The notes: generated by a model not told the origin, from the letters alone. Shown: positions 20,433 to 30,078, numbered from the stretch's first letter. The stretch is 64,000 bases of DNA from Patescibacteria group bacterium (GCA_041645215.1 JBAZQK010000007.1:8976-72975), one strand, 5' to 3'. A program made the numbers and translations.

Positions 20433-20597
20433 AACTCGGGAGCTGTAGTCCCACCATTGGCGGGGCGGGATATTATGGCGAAGTCCTTTTTGTACATCGG
20501 GACGAAAAAGGATAAAATCCGCCGTCGTCCAGATGTACAAAAGGGAGGGTATTGACAGCGGAGCCGGAGCTAAGCGGGACCCCAGAAGAATAAAACT
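20433..20597. repeat. P-family-related mosaic repeat in the pilin-pilin spacer
   Basis: Contains gtcctttttgtacatcgggac, the reverse complement of 15403-15423, and atccgccgtcgtcc, similar to 28300-28340. Confidence 0.5.
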
Positions 20598-21212
20598 ATG
20601 AAACATTTAAATTCAAACTATCGCGGTGGATTTACCATGATGGAAATAGCGGTGGTGACCGGTATATCGGCTTTGTTGCTCCTTGGTGTAGGCACCATAA
20701 TGACAGCCACCCTGCGAACATATCGCACTCTTAATAACGCCATCAACAGTAATGACCAAGCGACCCGAACTTTAACCGGTTTGGTGAATGAATTGCGCAC
20801 CGCCAGTGTATCAGCCAATGGCTCATATCCGATTGATACCGCCGCGGCCAATACTGTAATTTTTTACGCTGACACCGACGGCGACGCGACGATTGAACGG
20901 GTACGCTATTTTATGAGCGGCACCACGCTCAGCCGAGGTATTATTAAACCGACCGCCAATCCGGTGTCTTACCCCATTGGCAACGAAGTCATAACACCGG
21001 TTGTCCAGAATATAACCAACGGCAGTTCCATTTTTTCCTACTACGATTCCAACTACAACGGCGTTTCCGCCCCGCTGTCGTTTCCGGTTAATCTGGCGAC
21101 GGTCCGGCTGGTAAAAATAAATTTAACTATTGACAGCAACCCGACTGAGTCGCCCAATGTTTTTTATTTATCAGCCCAAGCCGCTTTGCGCAACCTTAAA
21201 GATAATCTATGA
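20598..21212 (+). CDS. Prepilin-type N-terminal cleavage/methylation domain pilin
   Basis: 'YRGG|FTMMEIAVVTGISALLLLGV' is a class III signal peptide. Confidence 0.8.
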   Translation: MKHLNSNYRGGFTMMEIAVVTGISALLLLGVGTIMTATLRTYRTLNNAINSNDQATRTLTGLVNELRTASVSANGSYPIDTAAANTVIFYADTDGDATIERVRYFMSGTTLSRGIIKPTANPVSYPIGNEVITPVVQNITNGSSIFSYYDSNYNGVSAPLSFPVNLATVRLVKINLTIDSNPTESPNVFYLSAQAALRNLKDNL

Positions 21213-22651
21213 AAACGCCTTTAAAACCAAAAAACCGGCCGGCGGGAAACATAGTATTATTCGCCTTAGTCTTTGGCGCTATCGGCTTAGTTATGCTGGG
21301 TGGATTGGTAACTTGGGGAACCGGTGTCATAAAAGTTAACTATGCCCGTTCCAACGGTGAAACAGCTTTTCAAATTGCCGAAGCCGGAGTTAATTACTAT
21401 CGCTGGCATCTGGCTCATGCCGCCACTGATTATCAGGACGGCACCGGGCAGAGTGGCCCCTACTTGCATGAGTATCGCGATAAAGACAACAATTTAATTG
21501 GTTACTACAGTCTGGCTATCACGCCGCCGCCAGCGGGCTCAACCAAGGTTATTATCGTAGCAACCGGCTATACTGCCGCTAACCCCAATCAAAAGCGTAA
21601 AATTAAAGCTCAATTCGCTATTCCCAGCTTAGCCAAATACGCGGTGGTGGCCGACGCGGCGATGCGTTTTGGCGCTGGTACTAATATTTACGGCACTGTC
21701 CACAGTAACAATGGTATCCGTTTTGACGGCGTCGCTTATAATATCGTTACCAGCGCCAAAACCAGTTATTACGACCCCGACCACAGCGGCGGCCAAGAAT
21801 TCGGCGTTCACACCCACGCGACGCCAATTGATCCATTGCCGCCGGCCGCCGTACCAAGCCGACCGGATATTTTTAAAGCTGGCCGTCAATTTCCCTTGCC
21901 GGCGGTTGATTTTGCCGGCATTAGCCTTAACCTGTCTGATATTAAATCACAGGCCCAGGCCAACGGAGTATACTACGCCTCCTCCGGCACCCAAGGTTAT
22001 CACCTGGTCTTAAAATCAAATGATACTTTTGACATTTATAAAGTCATAAGTTTGATTAGTCCGCCGTCGGGCTGTTCAGCTTCGTGGCAGGCGCAATGGG
22101 GTACTTGGAGCATTGGCACCTCTCCTTCCGCCCAAAGTTTTTTGGGTAATTTTGCCAATCCGGCCAATGGTTTAATTTTTATTGAAGATAACTTATGGAT
22201 TGACGGCCAAATTGGCGCCGCCCGTTTAACTATTGTCTCCGCCCGTTTTCCTGACAATCCCAATACCAATACCAGTATAACGATTAATAAAAATTTACTT
22301 TATTCAGCCTATGATGGTTCCAGCACCCTGGGCTTAATCGCCCAAAACAATATTAACGTCGGCTTATATAGTGACAACATTCTCCAAATTGATGCCGCGA
22401 TGATAGCGCAGAACGGTCGGGTCGGCCGATTTTATTATAACTCTTACTGCGGCAGTAATTACGTGCGCTCCACCATAACCATAAACGGCATGATTGCCAC
22501 GCGGTATCGCTACGGCTTTGCCTATACCGATAACACCGGTTACACCAATCGTAATATAAACTACGATGCTAATCTGCTTTATAACCCGCCTCCCAGTTTT
22601 CCTTTAGCCTCCAGTCAATACAGCCTAATCAGTTGGCAAGAGATCAAATGA
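21209..22651 (+). CDS. Pilus-associated protein, 480 aa, with an N-terminal TM anchor (PilX/minor-pilin-like)
   Basis: Translationally coupled to the upstream pilin (ATGA overlap). N-terminus 'NIVLFALVFGAIGLVMLGGL'. Ser/Thr/Gly/Asn-rich beta-type composition. Confidence 0.55.
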   Translation: MKTPLKPKNRPAGNIVLFALVFGAIGLVMLGGLVTWGTGVIKVNYARSNGETAFQIAEAGVNYYRWHLAHAATDYQDGTGQSGPYLHEYRDKDNNLIGYYSLAITPPPAGSTKVIIVATGYTAANPNQKRKIKAQFAIPSLAKYAVVADAAMRFGAGTNIYGTVHSNNGIRFDGVAYNIVTSAKTSYYDPDHSGGQEFGVHTHATPIDPLPPAAVPSRPDIFKAGRQFPLPAVDFAGISLNLSDIKSQAQANGVYYASSGTQGYHLVLKSNDTFDIYKVISLISPPSGCSASWQAQWGTWSIGTSPSAQSFLGNFANPANGLIFIEDNLWIDGQIGAARLTIVSARFPDNPNTNTSITINKNLLYSAYDGSSTLGLIAQNNINVGLYSDNILQIDAAMIAQNGRVGRFYYNSYCGSNYVRSTITINGMIATRYRYGFAYTDNTGYTNRNINYDANLLYNPPPSFPLASSQYSLISWQEIK

Positions 22652-23151
22652 AAATCCTAAAACTTAAATCCTAAAAATAATGCAAAATGTAAAAATCTCC
22701 GCCCAAGGCGGATCTGCCTCCCTCGGCCCGCCATTCGGCGGAGCCTCGCCTGCGGCGGGGCGTGCGGGTACGAAAAATGTAAAATGACAAATTAAAATTC
22801 AAAAATTAATAGATTTTCCTATTTTTACATTTTAACTTTATGATTTTGATTTTTAATATTTACATTTTTAATTTTTTTACGATTTGAGTATTATTTACCT
22901 ACACGCCGTTCTCCTTACCATATCACTATAACACTGGATTACTTTATCATTAGCTTATTGTTGAGCCTTGTTTATTTGTTTAAGTGTTAAAGTGTTCCAG
23001 TGTTCTCGTGTTTCAATGTGATAGTGCTCCAATGAGGCGAGCGGCGGGCCTGCCCCGCTTAGCTTAAGCAGGCCAGGGAAATGACACTAAAGGCGTGAGT
23101 CTGACAACTATAATTTAGTCAACAATCGGTCTTTTGTGATATAATTAAAAT

Positions 23152-24210
23152 ATGCTTTTTCAACCCCGCACCGATCATATTGGTTTGGACATCAGTGACC
23201 ATTCTTTAAAGGCCGTTCAATTTATTAAAACCCTAAACGGCCGGCTTAAACTGGTTGGGTTAAGCGCGCAGTATCTTGCCGATGGCATAATTAAAGACGG
23301 CACAATCAAAAACACCGTTGCTTTCACCAAAGCGGTCAGTCAATTACTGCTTAAACCGACTTGGGGTAAATTTACCACCAATTTAATCGTCGCCTCACTG
23401 CCGGAAAGTCGGACTTTCATAAAAATGATTACGGTGCCCTCTTCCAATCAAGATATCGCTCAAGCGGTTAAATGGGAAGCTCAACATCATATTCCCCTGC
23501 CGTTGGAGGATACTTACTGGGATTGGCAAACCATTAAATCAACCCCCAATTTTGACAATAGCCGCCAGCCGATTTTACTGGCAGCCGCCCCCAAAGACAT
23601 CGTTGAATCATATAACCAGGCTCTTAATCAAACTCATTTAACTGCCATTGCGATGGAAATTGAAGCTCAAGCTATTGTTAGAAGCTTAATTCCCATTAAC
23701 CAAGTTAATCAGACTGAAGCCACTATGATAATAGATATTGGCGGCGACCACACCAGTCTCATAATGTTCAGTTTTGACACCATTCAATTTACCGTATCTC
23801 TGCCCATATCGGGACGCGCTATCACTCAAACAGTGGCCGACACTATAAAACTTGACGCGACCCAAGCTGAATTAGCCAAAATTAAATATGGTCTTGACCC
23901 GTCGGCACAGCACGGCGCAATTTATAAAATTCTCCAAAATATGACCAACGAACTGGTTCATCGACTTCAAGAATCACTGGTTTTTTACCAAGAACACTTT
24001 CCCAACAACCCGCCGGCGACCTCAATAATACTTTGCGGGGGCGCGGCTAATTTAAAAAAAATCGACCAATTACTGGCGGCCGAAATGAAAATTCCCGTCC
24101 GCTTAGGAAATCCGTGGTGTAATGTTTCGGCTAATGTCAACCCTCGGCCCGAGGCCGATGCCTTATCCTACACCACGGCCATTGGGTTGGCGCTGCGCGA
24201 TTTAATTTAA
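23152..24210 (+). CDS. pilM: Type IV pilus assembly protein PilM (actin-like ATPase fold)
   Basis: 'IGLDISDHSLKAVQ' N-terminus; 'IDIGGDHTSL'; a C-terminal 'CGGAANL' motif. Confidence 0.85.
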   Translation: MLFQPRTDHIGLDISDHSLKAVQFIKTLNGRLKLVGLSAQYLADGIIKDGTIKNTVAFTKAVSQLLLKPTWGKFTTNLIVASLPESRTFIKMITVPSSNQDIAQAVKWEAQHHIPLPLEDTYWDWQTIKSTPNFDNSRQPILLAAAPKDIVESYNQALNQTHLTAIAMEIEAQAIVRSLIPINQVNQTEATMIIDIGGDHTSLIMFSFDTIQFTVSLPISGRAITQTVADTIKLDATQAELAKIKYGLDPSAQHGAIYKILQNMTNELVHRLQESLVFYQEHFPNNPPATSIILCGGAANLKKIDQLLAAEMKIPVRLGNPWCNVSANVNPRPEADALSYTTAIGLALRDLI

Positions 24211-24240
24211 ATATATGCCCAGTAATACAACTTGGCTAGC

Positions 24241-24626
24241 GCTCGCCCAGTACCAGAGCAAGCACGGTACCGGGCATCACCACTGGAATGTATTGCTAAC
24301 CATCAATGAACGGCAGTATGTCAGAACTTTCATATCTAGCTTATGATTTTAGCGCTCGCCCAGCACCAGAGCCCCGAAGGAGAACAAGTTCCCTACGGGG
24401 CAGGCAAGCACGGTACTCTCGCATCGCTCCAACGGTATATTCCTCATCGGCAGCGAGCGGCCAACAATCCCAATCTTTTGACTATTCTTGGTGCCCAGGG
24501 CTCGCCCAGTACCAGAGCAAGCACGGTACCGGGCATCGCCACTGGAGTACATTGTTTACCGGCAGTGGACGGCAGTAATGTCAATACTCCCATATATAGC
24601 TCTTGGTTCTTGGGCTCGCTTCAACC
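24241..24626. repeat. Tandem array of about 3.3 degenerate 113-146-bp units (T-family) between pilM and pilN
   Basis: Units begin at 24241, 24354 and 24500, each starting gctcgcccag[t/c]accagag, with a truncated start at 24614. The middle unit is nearly identical to 27696-27844. Confidence 0.8.
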
Positions 24627-24730
24627 ACCTTTTATTATAAAATTATGTTTTGTTTAGAATTATTTAATCAATTACCTTTGTTTAACCGCGCTCGCGCTTA
24701 AGGTAGTTTAGCAAAGTTGATATACCGGGT

Positions 24731-25279
24731 ATGCCCAGAATATTACTCAATCTGCTGCCAGCTGAACAAAAAAAATACATTGAAGTAATGTTCAATTACA
24801 AGTATTTGCGCATTATAACTTTTTTGATTCTAACTTTTGCGGTGATAGCGGCCGGGGTAGTGCTAAGCTCCAGGCTTTTACTGCAGGACAACTTAAACGA
24901 CCTGTTAACCAGCAGCTTGGCCATTACGCAAAAAAATACCAATCTTGACCAGCAAATAACCCAACTTAACGCGGAATTAAAAAACATCAGCACTATCCAA
25001 AATGATTTTGTAAAGTGGTCAACGGTAACGGCTAGTATCCTGGCGACTATCCCTTTGAATATTGAACTAAACTACTTCAACATTGAAAAACAAAGCGGCC
25101 GCCTTGATCTTAACGGTCGGGCCCGGGAACGGACCGACTACCTTAAATTAAGCGAAAATTTAAGCCAACTGACGTACTTGGAAAAATTAAACTCACCCTT
25201 GACCAATCTATTGTTGCGCCAGAATGTTGACTTCCAGTTAAACGGACGTATTAATCTGAACAAATTCAGTCAGCCTTAA
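24731..25279 (+). CDS. pilN: Type IV pilus assembly protein PilN
   Basis: N-terminal 'ILLNLLP' (INLLP motif) followed by a TM segment and a coiled coil. Confidence 0.75.
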   Translation: MPRILLNLLPAEQKKYIEVMFNYKYLRIITFLILTFAVIAAGVVLSSRLLLQDNLNDLLTSSLAITQKNTNLDQQITQLNAELKNISTIQNDFVKWSTVTASILATIPLNIELNYFNIEKQSGRLDLNGRARERTDYLKLSENLSQLTYLEKLNSPLTNLLLRQNVDFQLNGRINLNKFSQP

Positions 25280-25282
25280 TTT

Positions 25283-25843
25283 ATGAAACCACTCCTGCCT
25301 AATCACCGTAAAGTGATGATCGCGACGACCGCGCTAACTATCACCGCCACTCTGGGGTTATTGGCTTTTATTATTGGGCCGAGCCTGCGCGAGATACTTA
25401 ACTTAAGTGATCAAATTTATCAACAGCGCATAGATTTAGAAAAACTTTATCGCAAAGGCAAAATATTAAAGCAAACTCTGAAAGATTACCAAACTATTAA
25501 ACCAACGGTTGGCCAGTTTAACTCTATTTATGTGGAACGAGGCAATGAACTTAACTTAATCACCGCCATGGAAAAAGTGGCGTCTGACCACACAGTCGAC
25601 CAGGAAATAATCATCGGCACCCCCGACATAAAAGGAGACAAAAATAGCTTGCCGATTCAGCTGCAAGTTAACGCCCCCCTGGCAAACTTATTAAAATATT
25701 TAGGCGGCTTGGAACAAATGGATTACTACCTGAACATTCAAACCCTGCGTGTCAGCAAATATAGCGCCCGTAGCAACGCGCCCGCGCCTAAAAACATTAC
25801 GGTATCCGCTATTTTATTGGGATCAGTTTATTATCGGCCATGA
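25283..25843 (+). CDS. pilO: Type IV pilus assembly protein PilO-like
   Basis: Single N-terminal TM followed by a coiled coil. Position after pilN. Confidence 0.6.
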   Translation: MKPLLPNHRKVMIATTALTITATLGLLAFIIGPSLREILNLSDQIYQQRIDLEKLYRKGKILKQTLKDYQTIKPTVGQFNSIYVERGNELNLITAMEKVASDHTVDQEIIIGTPDIKGDKNSLPIQLQVNAPLANLLKYLGGLEQMDYYLNIQTLRVSKYSARSNAPAPKNITVSAILLGSVYYRP

Positions 25844-26208
25844 CTATAAAACTGCCGCGATTTAAACAAATCAACACCCGGCGCTGGCTACCCTGGATCC
25901 CACTGTCAACTTTTGTCGGGCTTTTGCTGTTATTAGCTTTGTTAATTTATTTTTTGTACCGAAATTTTTATCAAACAATCGCCCAAATTAAAGTCGTTTA
26001 TGTCTTACGAACCCAAATCGCCTTAACCCAAGTGAATGTTGACCTTTATCAATCAATCTCTAAATCATGGGAGAATAAGAAAAAAATTGATCCCATAATA
26101 AACCAAATTTCAACTGATCCTTTTGTCCAGTTGAGCCAACCTAAAACAGCTGGCGACGATAAAAATAACCTAACCGGCCTAGATAAGGCCAACCAAATTA
26201 TCCCGTAG
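25840..26208 (+). CDS. Small single-TM protein, possibly a PilP-like pilus component
   Basis: Overlapping start with pilO. TM segment 'LPWIPLSTFVGLLLLLALLIYFLY'. Confidence 0.4.
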   Translation: MTIKLPRFKQINTRRWLPWIPLSTFVGLLLLLALLIYFLYRNFYQTIAQIKVVYVLRTQIALTQVNVDLYQSISKSWENKKKIDPIINQISTDPFVQLSQPKTAGDDKNNLTGLDKANQIIP

Positions 26209-26371
26209 TAGGCTTACGCGCTTGCCGCTTGCAGGGCGGGCAAAGCCCGACCCTCAAGCGGCTTTGGCCAATTTCTTTGTTAAAACCTCCGCTTTTCGCT
26301 CACCGTAGTTTTACTACGGCTCGCTCAAATGCTCGGTTTTGCCTCGAACTTGGTTCAAACCCGTAAGCCTA
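26209..26371 (-). mobile_element. X-family MITE-like element copy X2, inverted relative to X1
   Basis: taggcttacgcg...cgtaagccta. It is the reverse complement of 18441-18605 and abuts the stop codon of the 25840-26208 ORF. Confidence 0.75.
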
Positions 26372-26378
26372 CCATAGT

Positions 26379-26618
26379 TTAAACGGCGGTAACTTTTTTA
26401 ACCTGGGGTAATTCCAGATTTAATTTTGTTCTTAACACATAATTCAAAGTTATCGCCGACAATGCGCAATCAGTACAGTTTCCGCTTAATTTTATTGTTA
26501 CCGTCCCGGTCACTGGCTCCCAGGCGACAAATTCAATTTTGCCCCCGTGCCCGACTAAATAGGGCTGAATTTTTTTTAAACCAATTTTAAGCCGTTTGAT
26601 AGTTTCGGTTTTAGTCAT
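26379..26618 (-). CDS. NifU-like C-terminal domain protein (Fe-S cluster scaffold/carrier)
   Basis: 'GHGGKIEFV...CTDCALS' matches the Nfu/NifU C-terminal CxxC motif. Confidence 0.75.
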   Translation of the reverse strand: MTKTETIKRLKIGLKKIQPYLVGHGGKIEFVAWEPVTGTVTIKLSGNCTDCALSAITLNYVLRTKLNLELPQVKKVTAV

Positions 26619-26626
26619 AGGATTAA

Positions 26627-27403
26627 TTAATTCCGGGGCGATGATACAATTATCATAACTGGTTCACCCTCCTCTACCTTCCCGCCATTCCAGTCATGAA
26701 CGGCCGACGCCATAACTGTTTCTGGATATCGATAACTTTCACCCCGTTTAGTGCCGGGATCATTGGTTATAAATTCATCACCGTCAAAACCCTTAATCAC
26801 CAACATATGATACAGCGGACCGGGCCGACGGAAGTAAGGATTGCCTAATTTACGGCCCGCGGCCGGTACCAGTACTAATTTACCCGCCGTAATTGCCTGC
26901 CGAATCGCCGTGGCGTTATAAACAGCGACTGTCGCTGTTAAATTAAAATAATCTGTCATAATCGCCGCTACTTCAGCCGCGGTGGTATCTTCGTAAAATC
27001 CGCGCTGCTGTTTTTGCCATTCCACCAGCTGTAAAATCGCCTTATCAGCCTCGGCCGCAGACAAGCGCAGATTTTTATTGCCTTTAAAATACTCCGCCGC
27101 CATAATCATAGCCGCCTCTTCACAAGCTTCCTGGTAAGGTAACCCCCAATTACCATAAGGCGCCTGCACCATAAACGGCACTGGCAAAATCTTAATAGTA
27201 TGTTCAACCGCCTTAACCAAGGGTAAGGCCTTGGCCGCCGTTGCGGGCCGGCTATTATTAACCTTCACACCGGTATCAGGTTGATTTATAGATGACCGCG
27301 CCGTCAAATTGTCGAGCGAGCTGTAATTTTGACAAGCCGCGCCAGCCAATACCACAGCCAACGCCGGCGCCAATAACCACCACGGGTTAAACTTAAAACT
27401 CAT
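26627..27403 (-). CDS. Secreted protein with a C39-like peptidase domain (putative). The track ORF extends to 27634 through a MITE; the real start is probably Met78.
   Basis: After trimming there is a signal peptide 'MSFKFNPWWLLAPALAVVLAGAAC'. 'YGNWGLPYQEACEEAAMIMAAEY' resembles Peptidase_C39_2. The N-terminal 77 codons are encoded by the Y1 repeat. Confidence 0.5.
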   Translation of the reverse strand: MSFKFNPWWLLAPALAVVLAGAACQNYSSLDNLTARSSINQPDTGVKVNNSRPATAAKALPLVKAVEHTIKILPVPFMVQAPYGNWGLPYQEACEEAAMIMAAEYFKGNKNLRLSAAEADKAILQLVEWQKQQRGFYEDTTAAEVAAIMTDYFNLTATVAVYNATAIRQAITAGKLVLVPAAGRKLGNPYFRRPGPLYHMLVIKGFDGDEFITNDPGTKRGESYRYPETVMASAVHDWNGGKVEEGEPVMIIVSSPRN

Positions 27404-27462
27404 AAATACATAATAATGGCAAAACCCGCCCTTGACTAGGTTATTATTATTAATTATACTTA

Positions 27463-27637
27463 GAGATGGTTCCAAAACTCTTTCGTGGCGAAATTTCAGT
27501 TTTTCTTGCGAGACGAGGAAGGCGAGCAAAAAGAATTGAAACGTAGTAGAACTACGGTGAAATCCTTTTTGCGAAGCCTGACGAAGTCGCAGCCGAAAAG
27601 ATGAAATTACAGCAGAAATGAGTTTTGAAACCATCTC
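27463..27637 (+). mobile_element. Y-family MITE-like element copy Y1 (TIR gagatggttccaaaactc / gagttttgaaaccatctc)
   Basis: 175 bp. Its reverse complement recurs at 60048-60222. The central hairpin cgtagtagaactacggtgaa is shared with the X family. Confidence 0.75.
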
Positions 27638-27695
27638 TTAGTCTCGCTTTCATAATTCTCAATTCTTGCCCAGTATAACTACTTATGTTATAGTT

Positions 27696-27844
27696 CGCCC
27701 AGTACCAGAGTCCCGAAGGAGAACAAGTTCCCTACGGGGCAGGCAAGCACGGTACTCTCGCATCGCTCCAACGGTATATTCCTCATCGGCAGCGAGCGGC
27801 CAACAATCCCAATCTTTTGACTATTCTTGGTGCCCAGGGCTCGC
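27696..27844. repeat. Solo copy of the T-family middle unit
   Basis: About 147 nt, identical to 24354-24499 except for 2 C/T transitions. Confidence 0.8.
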
Positions 27845-27976
27845 TTTTAAAATAAAATTTATAAATGAGCTAAGCAACTTATTCAATCGTTATCTCTTAC
27901 TAACTACTTAATCTAAGCTCGCTAAATTTTATTTAACAAAGTTGTTATACTGGACTTGATTCATAATTATTAATTT

Positions 27977-28261
27977 ATGGCCCATACCAAAGCTGCCGGC
28001 TCTACCTCACTGGGCCGCGATTCCATAGCCAAACGTTTAGGCGTAAAACTTTTTGCCGGACAAAATGTTCGCGCCGGCATGGTAATTGTTCGCCAACGCG
28101 GCACTAAATTCTTTCCCGGCTCAGGCGTTAAAAAAGGCAGCGATGATACATTATTTGCCACTCAAGCCGGCACTCTTAAATTTTTTCGCAAGTGGCGTAA
28201 GAGCTTTAATGGCAAGCTTAAACTGGCTAAGATGGTTGCGGTTTTGCCACCAGAGGAATAG
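27977..28261 (+). CDS. rpmA: 50S ribosomal protein L27
   Basis: '[29 protein letters not shown]' is the canonical L27 sequence. Confidence 0.95.
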   Translation: MAHTKAAGSTSLGRDSIAKRLGVKLFAGQNVRAGMVIVRQRGTKFFPGSGVKKGSDDTLFATQAGTLKFFRKWRKSFNGKLKLAKMVAVLPPEE

Positions 28262-28262
28262 T

Positions 28263-28360
28263 TTATGAAGCCTCCACGGGCTTACGCCCGAGGTATCCTT
28301 CATTTTTTCGGCGAAATCCGCCGAAGTCCTCCCAAGGAGGACGAAGGCGGATAAAATTCA
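28263..28360. repeat. P-family palindromic repeat element
   Basis: Core gtcctcccaaggaggac at 28326-28342, flanked by atccgccgaag / cgaaggcggat. Confidence 0.6.
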
Positions 28361-28392
28361 AAAATCCGCTCCTATCCCAGAGCGGATTTTTT
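28361..28392. terminator. Bidirectional rho-independent terminator between convergent rpmA and pyrG
   Basis: aaaatccgctc ctatccca gagcggatttt with T/A runs on both sides. Confidence 0.7.
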
Positions 28393-28422
28393 GTAATTCC
28401 GGCAGTACAAGTGGAAATAGAA

Positions 28423-30078
28423 CTAACTGCCCTTCCCAATATCAACGCCGCTATTAAGCTGGGCTACGGCCGCGGCCATAAAATCGCGGAATAAAGGATG
28501 CGGACGCAAGGGTCGGGATTGAAATTCCGGATGAAACTGCACCCCCACAAACCACGGATGGTCGCGGAGCTCCACAATCTCTACCAGGTGACCGTCGGGC
28601 GAAGTGCCGGAAATAACCAAGCCGACTTTTTCCAAGCGGACGCGATAAGCGTTATTGAATTCATAACGGTGGCGGTGGCGTTCGGAAATCTCGCTTTTAC
28701 CATAAGCCTCATAAGCTTTGGTACCCTTAAGCAAACGGCAGTCCCAGGCCCCCAACCGCATCGTCGCGCCATAATCCTTAGCTAACATTTTCTTTTCTTG
28801 GTCCGGCATTATATGGATAACCGGGTGTTTGGTTTTAGGATCAATTTCCGTGGAATTAGCATCGGCCATATCAGCTAAATGACGGGCGATTTCCACGGTA
28901 GCCAGTTGCATACCATAACACAACCCCAAAAAAGGCATACTATTCTCGCGGGCATACTTAATAGCCGCCACGATTCCTTCCGTCCCCCGCCCGCCAAAGC
29001 CGCCGGGTACCACCAACCCCGCCATATTTTTTAAATATTTTTCCGCGCCGTCAGCTTCTATTTTTTCCGAATCAACCCAATGTAATTTTGGTTTAACTCC
29101 ATTGGCCCAGCCGGCGTATTTAAGCGACTCTATCACTGATACGTAAACATCTGACAAAACATAATCGCCAGTTGCAAAGTATTTGCCCACAATGGCAATC
29201 GACACTTCCGGTTTATCGGTTTTGACAACTTCAGCCAACTTTTGCCAATCATTTAAATCTTTACCCTTGGGCTTAAGGCGAAACTTTTTTAAGACTCTAT
29301 CGGCAAAGGCTTGCTCGTCAAATTTTAAAGCCACGTCATAAACCGATTCCAAATCAGGATTGGAAATAATATCATCGCTGTCCATATTACAAAACAAAGC
29401 TAACCGCTCCTTGCGTTTGCGGTCAAGCGGTTTCTCGGCGCGGGCCACCAAAAAATCCGGCTGAATACCCATACTATTCAACAATCGGACTGACATCTGC
29501 ACTGGTTTGGATTTCATTTCACCGACGGTCGGCGGCGTTGGCAAATAAGCCACATGTACCTGTAACACACTGTCTTTATCGCGTAATTTCATAATACGCG
29601 ATGATTCATAATAAAAAATATTTTGGTATTCCCCGGCGGTTCCACCCAGCTCGATTATAACAATATCAGCCCGCGATTTGCGACCGGCATTTTTAACGCG
29701 CCGAATAATTTCATCGCATAAATGCGGGATAGCTTCCACATCCTCACCTTCATAACCAAAAGCTCGCTCCTTGTCTATCACCGTCTTATAAACCTGCCCC
29801 ATCGTTATAAAATTGTCGCCGGACAGCGGCAAATCCAAAAATCTTTCATAAGTCCCGATATCTTGGTCGGTCTCAAGGCCGTCATCACAGACAAATACTT
29901 CTCCGTGCTCCGTCGGCCGGATCGTGCCAGCGTCCACATTCAAATAATTCTCACACTTAACCGGACACACCCGATAACCTTTGCTCTGCAATAATTTAGC
30001 TAACGACGCCGCCGCTATCCCCTTGCCAACGGACGACATTACGCCGCCGGAAATAAAAATGTACTTGATTTTCGCCAT
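28423..30078 (-). CDS. pyrG: CTP synthase. The track ORF uses GTG at 30114, inside a repeat; the likely start is 'MAKIKYIF' at 30078.
   Basis: 'KYIFISGGVMSSVGKG', a glutamine amidotransferase 'GLCYGMQ' and 'FHPEF' are present. Confidence 0.93.
   Translation of the reverse strand: MAKIKYIFISGGVMSSVGKGIAAASLAKLLQSKGYRVCPVKCENYLNVDAGTIRPTEHGEVFVCDDGLETDQDIGTYERFLDLPLSGDNFITMGQVYKTVIDKERAFGYEGEDVEAIPHLCDEIIRRVKNAGRKSRADIVIIELGGTAGEYQNIFYYESSRIMKLRDKDSVLQVHVAYLPTPPTVGEMKSKPVQMSVRLLNSMGIQPDFLVARAEKPLDRKRKERLALFCNMDSDDIISNPDLESVYDVALKFDEQAFADRVLKKFRLKPKGKDLNDWQKLAEVVKTDKPEVSIAIVGKYFATGDYVLSDVYVSVIESLKYAGWANGVKPKLHWVDSEKIEADGAEKYLKNMAGLVVPGGFGGRGTEGIVAAIKYARENSMPFLGLCYGMQLATVEIARHLADMADANSTEIDPKTKHPVIHIMPDQEKKMLAKDYGATMRLGAWDCRLLKGTKAYEAYGKSEISERHRHRYEFNNAYRVRLEKVGLVISGTSPDGHLVEIVELRDHPWFVGVQFHPEFQSRPLRPHPLFRDFMAAAVAQLNSGVDIGKGS

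Noticed and set aside
24241-24626. CRISPR array
   Set aside because: The units are over 110 bp, degenerate, and contiguous without unique spacers. No cas genes are present.
24306-24657. Three overlapping ORFs (90, 104 and 67 aa), plus 27666-27911 (81 aa) sharing an identical peptide
   Set aside because: They lie entirely within the tandem T repeats, have low-complexity R/S-rich translations, have no start context, and the identical peptide arises from a duplicated DNA unit.
24354-27844. A DGR template/variable-repeat pair, suggested by the two near-identical 147-nt copies
   Set aside because: The only differences are two C/T transitions, with no adenine-specific mutagenesis. No reverse transcriptase gene is in the window. 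Neither copy lies at the 3' end of a plausible target gene.
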